Origin: Lentisphaerae bacterium ADurb.Bin242
GTDB lineage: Bacteria; Verrucomicrobiota; Lentisphaeria; Victivallales; UBA1829
Assembly (NCBI GenBank): GCA_002069785.1
Contig: MWCA01000019.1
Location: 736-64,735, forward strand
Length of the DNA stretch: 64,000 nt
Direction of reading: 5' to 3'
The translations under genes were made by a program, and so were the position numbers. Shown here piece after piece: positions 57,223 to 64,000 of the stretch (the stretch's first letter is position 1; each line of letters begins with the position of its first letter). Under the pieces are notes generated by a model. That model saw nothing but the letters and a program-made list of their open reading frames with translations, was not told the DNA's origin and ran no database searches.

Positions 57223-58224
57223 ATGAAAGCTCCCGTGTATGGAAAAGTATTTACTCCGCAATGCCGGATGGTGGCCCGCGACCTGATCCGGCGAATCCGG
57301 AACGGAGAATTCCGTTCCGGAAAACGGATGGACAGCATCCGCGAGATTGTCGGACGGTATCGCGTCGGGTATCAGGTGGCGGTGTCCGCCCTCCGGATTC
57401 TGAGCAATGAGAACTACGTGTTCAAGGTGCACGGCAGCGGCACGTACGTCAATCCGGACTTGCGGCCGGGCCTGTTTCACCGGCTGAGCATCTTTTTCAA
57501 TGTAACCAATCCTCTTCCCCTCGGACGGGAATTGAACGACGCGTTCATCTATGCGAAAAACAACGGATTTCATCTGCTGCTGGCGTCCAATTTTGAAGAA
57601 GAGTTCACCTTGGAAGACTATCTGAAGCGCAAGGAGGACATCGACGGCATTGCGATTTACGGGGAAGTGGACGAGAAACTGCTGAAGTATCCGAAGTCCC
57701 GTCATGTCGAATATGTGGTTTGCGGAAATTACGACATCGATCCGGCTCATCCGCAAGTGACGCTGGATGTCCGGAAGCTGTACCGGAAAATGTTTTCGGA
57801 GGCGCTGCGGAAGCATTCCTTCCGGCGCATGGCCGTCCTGATGGATCTGCCCCTGTTCCGGGCCAACAGCGAGGCTCTGGAAGGAATCCGGACGGCCTTC
57901 CGGGAAAACGGCTGCGAACTGCGGGAGAACCGGATCGTCGAGGCGGCCGGGGACGGGTATGACGGAATCGTGAAGATCATGAAGATGTCGCCCGACGCCA
58001 TCATCCTGCGGGGGGAGAACCATGTCCACGGTTTTTTGCGCTATTTTCAGAATCATTCTGTTTCCGGCCGTCCCGTGATTCTGGCGATGGAATCCGCGGC
58101 GGGGAAGCTCCATTCGGGCGGTTATCCGGAGGTGCTCGAACTCAAGCCCGGCCGCTACAGGAACATCTTTCTGAAATCGGTCGAATATCTGATCCGCGAG
58201 ATCCGCCGGAAAAAGAAGGAATGA
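57223..58224 (+). CDS. GntR-type winged-helix regulator fused to a sugar-binding (PBP/LacI-like) domain
   Basis: N-terminal RDLIRRIRNGEFRSGKRMDSIREIVGRYRVGYQVAVSALRILSNENYVFKVHGSGTYV. Confidence 0.7.
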   Translation: MKAPVYGKVFTPQCRMVARDLIRRIRNGEFRSGKRMDSIREIVGRYRVGYQVAVSALRILSNENYVFKVHGSGTYVNPDLRPGLFHRLSIFFNVTNPLPLGRELNDAFIYAKNNGFHLLLASNFEEEFTLEDYLKRKEDIDGIAIYGEVDEKLLKYPKSRHVEYVVCGNYDIDPAHPQVTLDVRKLYRKMFSEALRKHSFRRMAVLMDLPLFRANSEALEGIRTAFRENGCELRENRIVEAAGDGYDGIVKIMKMSPDAIILRGENHVHGFLRYFQNHSVSGRPVILAMESAAGKLHSGGYPEVLELKPGRYRNIFLKSVEYLIREIRRKKKE

Positions 58225-58297
58225 AAAATAAGTTCCGCGGTTGGGGCGCGGAGTATGAATTCGGGTCTGTAAAAAAGAGAGAAAGGGGTTGTTTTCG

Positions 58298-60985
58298 ATG
58301 AAAGAGCTTTACCGTGATTTCCTGAAAGCGGTGGACGGGAACCGTCTGATGCGGCACACCGGAGAACTTTGGAAATGCGAATTCGGTCAAACCTTCCAGG
58401 ACTATCACAAGGCGGCGGAATATACGTACGACCTGATGAAAAAAGAAGGCATCCCGAATGCCGAACTGCTGTATTATCCCGCCGACGGAAAGACGACATA
58501 CAACGATATCCGGATGCCCATTGCATGGGATGCGACCGTCGGACGCCTGACCTTCCTGTCCCCGATCGATCTGCCGCCTCCGCCCGCCTTCGAAAAAGAT
58601 GCGGACAGCCTGACGCGGATCGATTTCCAGCTTCATCCGTTCCATCTGATCAAAGGCTCCGTGGCGACTCCTCCAGGCGGGCTCGTCGTCAGAATCATCA
58701 CGGAAACGCAGTTCCTCGCCGGAGAAGATCCGGCCGGCGCCCTGGTGATGCTGGACCCCTTTACCATGCCGCGCGCCGAGGCGCTCGTTCCGATCCTGGA
58801 TTGCGGCGGCCTGGGCGTGATCACCGATAAAAACGGAAACCGCTACGAACACCCGGACTGTATGTCCTGGGTCAACGCCGGAACCGAGGACGGTTCATGG
58901 CATGTACTGGCCGGTCACCGCGACTTCATTTCTTTCAGCGTCTCTCTCTCCGCGGGCGACCGGATCCGGAACATTGCCACGCACCGGGAACTGAAAGCGC
59001 TCGTGGAATGCGACGGCCGCCGCTACGAAGGAAAACTTCCGGCCGTCACGGCTTTGATTCCGGGCCGCCGCAAGGAGGAAGTCTGGATTTACGCCCACAT
59101 GTATGAGCCGCTGAGCGGCGATGACCCCAACGGGGTCGTTGGCGGGATCGAGGCGGCCCGTCTGATGATGCAAAGAGGCGTGCCGGAGTTTTCGATCCGC
59201 CTGCTGTTCGCCATGGAACTGTACGGCTACATGGCCTACATCGCGGAACGGGGCAGCTTTTTGAGAAACGAGGTCATCGGCGGCTGCAATTTCGACGCCC
59301 TCGCGTCGGTGAAGAATGCGAAAACGTCGAATGTTTATACGGCCGGTCGCGGCTCCCCCTTTTACGGCAACTGGCTGGCTGGCCAGCTGGTCGGGGAATT
59401 GGAGAACGAACCCGGCGCCCTTCGCTGGATCATGAAGGGCCCGGCCTATTTCGATGACGATTCTTTCAGCGATTCGACCATCGGGATTCCGGCGGTGTGG
59501 GCGATCGGGGAATTCGGCGACAATCACCATTCCTCGATTCAGACGATGGACTTTCTGGACGAATCCGTGTTCGTCCGGGGGACCGCCTTCAATACCGCTT
59601 TCGTGCATGCCGTCGCCAACCCGAAGGAGGCGTATCTCGCCCCCGCGCTGGAACAGGCTCTCCGGTCTCTCCGCGCGACGCTTGCGGAGCTGAAAACAAA
59701 CCCGCTCGGGTCGGACGCGGAGCGTTTCGCCCATCTTTACGAGGTGGAAAGACGGCATCTCGCCGACTTCAAACGCGGACTGGCGGCGGGTCCCGTGGAG
59801 GAAATCCTTTCCCGTTTCGAGGCGGAATACCGGAAACTTTCCGCCGGGCTTTCCGCCGATCCGGAACCGCCTTCCAAATGGCGGAAACATGCCGCCGGAA
59901 TCGTGATGAAACGGGCCGTTCCCGGGTTCCCGCACAATCTGGTCAAAGTTCCTCCGGACAAAAAGATTCTTCTGCCGGACGGCGTGATCTACGGTCCCTT
60001 CTCCAACGTCCTGGCCAATATGGATGGAAAAAAGGATGTCGCCGTCCTGATCCGCGAGGCGGAATACGAACGGAATTCCCGGCTTTCGGAAGGGAATGTG
60101 AAAAAGTATGTCGATGCCTTGAATTTCCTGTCGGATTACGGATACCTGGCGGTGGAAAAGCGTCCGGACCTCACGGAAGAGGAAATCGTTGCCGCCCTGC
60201 GGAAACTCGGGATCGGGGAGGGGGACCTGCTTCTGGTTCATGCGGCGACCTCCCGCTGCGGCTATGTGCGGGGCGGCGCGGAAACCGTCCTTTCCGCGAT
60301 CCGGAAGGCGGTCGGGAAAACGGGTACCGCCCTCTTCCCGACTTTCACCCGGCCGTACATTTATCTGGGCGGCCTCAACAAAGGCTGGAATTACCGTCCG
60401 TTCGATCCGTCTTCCGTCTCCCAGATCTGGACGGGGAACATCCCGAAAATCCTTCTGGAAAAGTGTTCGGACGCGCTTCGGAGCCGTCATATCACCCACT
60501 CCTGGGCGGGATTCGGCCCGGCCGCCGAAGAATGCCTGAAACACCATGGAGCATACGCTCCTCCGGCTTCCCCGGCTTCCCCGATGGGAAAAGCGCTGGA
60601 ATGCAAGGGAAAAATCCTCCATTTCGGCTCCGGCATCGGCAGCACGACTTTTCTGCATTATCTGGAAGACCATTGCAATGCTCCGTTCCTCGATACCGCC
60701 GTCTGCCGGGTGAAGAATCCGGACGGCACGCTGAAAACCGTGGCGATCGAAAAGCATCTGCCGGGGCATCGTGATTTCTACCGGGAAGACGCCGAAAAGT
60801 GCAAGTTCTTTCGGCGGGCCGTCGAACGCGGACTCGAAATCCGGTCGGAACCGCTGGGCGTGGGCGAACTCAAAGTCATGGAAATGGAATCGGTTTTCTC
60901 GCTGGGAATTCATCTGATGAAGGACGATCCGCGCGTGCTGCTCTGCGACGATCCGGGATGTCTTTTCTGCCGGCGTTATCAATGA
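58298..60985 (+). CDS. fusion protein: aminopeptidase-like (DUF4910/M28-like, tentative) N-terminal region plus C-terminal AAC(3)-family N-acetyltransferase domain
   Basis: C-terminal GDLLLVHAATSRCGYVRGGAETVLSAIRKAVGKTGTALFPTFT .. RSRHITHSWAGFG .. ILHFGSGIGSTTFLHYLE matches the aminoglycoside 3-N-acetyltransferase fold. ATG at 58298 has a GAAAGGGG Shine-Dalgarno 9 nt upstream. Confidence 0.65.
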   Translation: MKELYRDFLKAVDGNRLMRHTGELWKCEFGQTFQDYHKAAEYTYDLMKKEGIPNAELLYYPADGKTTYNDIRMPIAWDATVGRLTFLSPIDLPPPPAFEKDADSLTRIDFQLHPFHLIKGSVATPPGGLVVRIITETQFLAGEDPAGALVMLDPFTMPRAEALVPILDCGGLGVITDKNGNRYEHPDCMSWVNAGTEDGSWHVLAGHRDFISFSVSLSAGDRIRNIATHRELKALVECDGRRYEGKLPAVTALIPGRRKEEVWIYAHMYEPLSGDDPNGVVGGIEAARLMMQRGVPEFSIRLLFAMELYGYMAYIAERGSFLRNEVIGGCNFDALASVKNAKTSNVYTAGRGSPFYGNWLAGQLVGELENEPGALRWIMKGPAYFDDDSFSDSTIGIPAVWAIGEFGDNHHSSIQTMDFLDESVFVRGTAFNTAFVHAVANPKEAYLAPALEQALRSLRATLAELKTNPLGSDAERFAHLYEVERRHLADFKRGLAAGPVEEILSRFEAEYRKLSAGLSADPEPPSKWRKHAAGIVMKRAVPGFPHNLVKVPPDKKILLPDGVIYGPFSNVLANMDGKKDVAVLIREAEYERNSRLSEGNVKKYVDALNFLSDYGYLAVEKRPDLTEEEIVAALRKLGIGEGDLLLVHAATSRCGYVRGGAETVLSAIRKAVGKTGTALFPTFTRPYIYLGGLNKGWNYRPFDPSSVSQIWTGNIPKILLEKCSDALRSRHITHSWAGFGPAAEECLKHHGAYAPPASPASPMGKALECKGKILHFGSGIGSTTFLHYLEDHCNAPFLDTAVCRVKNPDGTLKTVAIEKHLPGHRDFYREDAEKCKFFRRAVERGLEIRSEPLGVGELKVMEMESVFSLGIHLMKDDPRVLLCDDPGCLFCRRYQ

Positions 60986-61044
60986 AACTGGTCTGCGATG
61001 CAAACACATTGAAAATTGAATCCGAACAAGGGAGAAAAAAACAA

Positions 61045-61746
61045 ATGGGGAAAGTCACGCTGGAAGCGGCTTGCGCTTCCGAAGTCAGAATGGATGCGAA
61101 AATGGATGGAAACGAATGGAAGGACGCCGTTGTCTATCCGCTGGAGCTGGTCAGTCTCCGGAATGATTGCTGGACGGAGGAAAAGGTCCGGAATGTCGGC
61201 GAAACGCTTCACGAGAAAGGAAACGTCCGGCTGCTTTGGAACCGGGAGGCCCTGTATGTGGGTGTCGACATGGAGGATTCCGATGTGTTCAACGACGGCA
61301 CGCAGGACCAGACGCATCTTTACAACATGGGCGACACGATCGAAATTTTCATCAAGCCCGAAAACGAAAATTACTACTGGGAACTTTACGGCACGCCCAA
61401 CCGTCTGCGTTCGGTTTTCTTTTATCCGAGCCGGGGATATCTGTTCGTGCCGAGCGTGATGCGGTGTTCCGTCGATATTTCGATCGACGTCTGGGTCGAC
61501 GGCACGCTGAACGACTGGCGGAAACGCGACCGCGGCTGGAATCTGCTGATGAAAATTCCCGTGTCAATGCTGGAACAGTACGGATGTCCTTTCACGAACG
61601 AAGGCCGCTGGACGATCTTTGTGGCGCGGCAGAACTATTCGGCTTATCTGCCGCTGAAGGAGCTTTCCTCGTGTCCGGCCCTGCCGAAACCGGATTTTCA
61701 TTTATATGAGAATTACGCGCGTCTTCATCTGAACGGCCCGAAGTAA
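61045..61746 (+). CDS. stand-alone CBM9/DOMON-like carbohydrate-binding-fold protein
   Basis: MDGNEWKDAVVYPLE .. EALYVGVDMEDSDV .. GDTIEIFI .. YYWELY .. WNLLMKIPVSML. GGAG upstream of 61045. Alternative ATG at 60982 overlaps the preceding stop. Confidence 0.5.
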   Translation: MGKVTLEAACASEVRMDAKMDGNEWKDAVVYPLELVSLRNDCWTEEKVRNVGETLHEKGNVRLLWNREALYVGVDMEDSDVFNDGTQDQTHLYNMGDTIEIFIKPENENYYWELYGTPNRLRSVFFYPSRGYLFVPSVMRCSVDISIDVWVDGTLNDWRKRDRGWNLLMKIPVSMLEQYGCPFTNEGRWTIFVARQNYSAYLPLKELSSCPALPKPDFHLYENYARLHLNGPK

Positions 61747-61752
61747 TCCGGC

Positions 61753-64000
61753 TCATTCCAGATGCATGATTCCGTATTTCCCGACGTCGTGGAATGAACC
61801 GAACGTCGGCATCCAGCAGGACTGTTCCCACCGGACCTGATTCCCTTCCTTGGGATAATGGTTCCGGAAGAAATTGACGCGAAACGTCCCGTTTCCGGCG
61901 GGATTTTTGAACTTCAGGTCGGCAAGGGGAATTGCGATTTCTCCCGTCCAGCCGTTGGCAATCCGTTTCGTAGCCGCCCGGGTCTGCGGGGAATTCCACT
62001 GGATGCCGGGCGTTTTCGGGTCTTTCTCAAGCCAGTGGAAGTCCGCCATTTTGCTGTCGGGAGAAAGAATGAACTGGTAGCGCTCGGAATCGCCGCCGGC
62101 AAAGAACAGTTCGACCCCTTCATAATTCCACAGGAGGGCGTCCCGCGGATGGGCGTTGTCCGCAAAGAGGATCTCCTTGCGTTCCGGCGGCCATTCGGCC
62201 TTCACGCTGACATAAAGATTGTTTTTGTCGTGAAGGAAGCGCATTTCCGTCCGGGCCTTCTGTTCGTAGGAATTATAGCTGTCCACGAAATCGGCGATCC
62301 GGGCGGCCTTTTTCCAGACCTCCTCGTCCGGGTTTCCGTCCGCGACCGGCGGAGCGGATACGGACGGGACACGGATGGTTTGGGGAGCCGGAGCCTTCTG
62401 ACCCCGGAACATCCGGCTGTTGGCCTCGAACGGGAGAAATCCTTCCAGTGTTTTGAGGGCGCGGCTGTGATACGGTTCCTTTCCCTGGCTCACGGCGACC
62501 GCCGACCGCAGCAATCCCATCATTTTGTCCACGAATTCCGGGGGATAGGTTTTCTTCCAGCAGGCTTCCCAATCCCACTCGGCGGGCTTGTCGGAAGCCG
62601 GGGAGCAACTCCAGGCTCTCTCCATTTCAGTGTAGAATTGCCGGACCGGTTCCGCGGCGGGACCGTAAAACGCGGGATAGAACTCGTTCAGTATTTTTTC
62701 GACGTCCTCGTTCCTGTTCCACATCAGACGGTTGACGACATAGACATTCTGGACGTCGTAGAGCCAGTCCCCCCACGCGTCGACTTTTTTGCCGTTGGAA
62801 TCGATGCCTGACAGTTCAATAACACGTCCCTTTATGACGCCTCCGTCCAATGTCAGCCACTCCTTGATTTCGCGCGGGAAAAAAGAGGGTGCGCCATAGA
62901 CGCCGCGGGAATAGCGCGGCTTATCCCAGTAGTCCCACAGATACAATTCCGCCGCCCCGGAGGAGTGCCATTCCTTCACATGCCGCAGATAATGTTTCCG
63001 GTTGTATATCCTGGAATGAGGGGTTGTCGGATAGCATAATGTCACGGCGACGTTCGACAGGATGGGGAAGTCCGGCCTTGCCTGGTAGTCCGCGTAGGAG
63101 GCGCATTTGATCCGTTTGCCGGGAACCTCTTTGGCGACCTCTGCCGCAACCTGGTTGACAAAGCTCCAGACGGCATTGGAATGAACCCCGGACGAGTCCT
63201 TTTCAGGAGAAGCTGATTTTTGGCATCGTTCGCACCGGCAATAATACAAATTATTGGAATCTCCCGGCATGATGGCATAGAATTTTGCGGACGGGTTGGC
63301 CTTGAACCAGGCAACGGCATCTCTGACGGCTTGCGCGACCACTCCGGGATGGCTCAGACAGAGGTGAACTCCGTGTGCATTCCGGTAATTCTTCCGGCTG
63401 CCGTCGGACAAGAGGGCAAAATATTCGGGGTGGTTTTTGCCGAACCTTTCCGGCCAGTCCATGAAAGTGTGGTTGGCAATCGGGTCCCCGACCGATCCCC
63501 CGCTCCGGATACGCCGGAACCAGAGGCGCATTTCCCGGTTTGAAATCGACGGATCGCTCGACGTGTCATAAAAAAACATACGGGTATTATAGGAAGGAGT
63601 TCCTGTTTCATACAGATGCCCGATGCGGATTGTTTTCTGCCTTGGAACGACCGTACCCAGCTTGCCCGGCCAGTACCAGCGCACCCCCGCGACCCGTTCC
63701 AGGAATTCATAGGCGGCGGAAAGGGTCCCGAGGGGAATGTTCGCCCGGCTCAGAATTTCGCTTTCCGCGGCGTCCGGCTTTTCCCCTCCGGAAATCATCA
63801 CCGCGCTGCCGACCCGCGCAATGACCCAGTTTTCCGGAGCCATTTGTTCCGGGTCGATTCCGTAGCTGCGCGTCAGTTTTGTATTTCCGACATGAATGGC
63901 CGGACCGTTTCCCGTATCGTCGGTGGTGATCTCCAGAACCTCGCCGGTGGCCGCCTGTATGTGATCCACGATTTCCTTTGCGGCAAACCGTGCGACCGCA
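61753..64000 (-). CDS. DUF4838-family protein with C-terminal CBM9-like module (5' end outside window)
   Basis: AAYEFLERVAGVRWYWPG hallmark; CRCERC (CxCxxC) motif; C-terminal DGNPDEEVWKKAARIADF..NLYVSVKA..GVELFFA module. The ORF is open to the window edge. Confidence 0.7.
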   Translation of the reverse strand, partial: AVARFAAKEIVDHIQAATGEVLEITTDDTGNGPAIHVGNTKLTRSYGIDPEQMAPENWVIARVGSAVMISGGEKPDAAESEILSRANIPLGTLSAAYEFLERVAGVRWYWPGKLGTVVPRQKTIRIGHLYETGTPSYNTRMFFYDTSSDPSISNREMRLWFRRIRSGGSVGDPIANHTFMDWPERFGKNHPEYFALLSDGSRKNYRNAHGVHLCLSHPGVVAQAVRDAVAWFKANPSAKFYAIMPGDSNNLYYCRCERCQKSASPEKDSSGVHSNAVWSFVNQVAAEVAKEVPGKRIKCASYADYQARPDFPILSNVAVTLCYPTTPHSRIYNRKHYLRHVKEWHSSGAAELYLWDYWDKPRYSRGVYGAPSFFPREIKEWLTLDGGVIKGRVIELSGIDSNGKKVDAWGDWLYDVQNVYVVNRLMWNRNEDVEKILNEFYPAFYGPAAEPVRQFYTEMERAWSCSPASDKPAEWDWEACWKKTYPPEFVDKMMGLLRSAVAVSQGKEPYHSRALKTLEGFLPFEANSRMFRGQKAPAPQTIRVPSVSAPPVADGNPDEEVWKKAARIADFVDSYNSYEQKARTEMRFLHDKNNLYVSVKAEWPPERKEILFADNAHPRDALLWNYEGVELFFAGGDSERYQFILSPDSKMADFHWLEKDPKTPGIQWNSPQTRAATKRIANGWTGEIAIPLADLKFKNPAGNGTFRVNFFRNHYPKEGNQVRWEQSCWMPTFGSFHDVGKYGIMHLE

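Noticed and set aside
58895-61009. 704-aa minus-strand ORF
   Set aside because: It is antisense to the AAC(3)-domain fusion gene, which carries clear family motifs. Its product is Arg/Pro-rich.

Overview
High-GC (about 60% by eye) bacterial chromosomal segment, densely coding on both strands. I recognised no rRNA, tRNA, CRISPR array, transposase or integrase. The many prepilin-like FTLIELL / H-X9-DG (DUF1559-type) proteins and DUF4838-type secreted proteins suggest a PVC-superphylum organism, Lentisphaerota/Victivallales-like; this is inference only. Housekeeping genes: dxr-rseP-ispG, priA, pyrK-pyrD, hpt, gmhB, larB, carB, an ftsQ-like gene, rfbC-rfbD, thrC, an lptF/G-type permease, serC, corA, rsmA. 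Accessory content falls into two groups. (1) Four loci repeat the same logic: a near-consensus sigma70 promoter, in three cases a LacI- or AraC-family regulator, a pseudopilin-like gene, and a 750-1120 aa signal-peptide glycan-enzyme-like protein. In both LacI-type loci the regulator gene overlaps the pseudopilin-like gene by ATGA and follows a TTGACA-16-TATAAT promoter plus a CG-centred palindromic operator. (2) A roughly 2.9 kb visibly AT-rich islet (about 36715-39640) lies between carB and one of these loci. It carries three orphan genes, one resembling a phage Mu gp37/DUF1834-type tail protein, two hydrophobic mini-ORFs, and a flanking 10-bp direct repeat. Other items: a composite REP-like palindrome between convergent genes, a frame-shifted 53-nt direct repeat at a gene 3' end, an 895-aa AAC(3)-domain fusion protein, and several intergenic palindromes. 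Many very long ORFs antisense to real genes are high-GC shadow ORFs and were rejected. All functional calls come from motif recognition by eye, with no database search.
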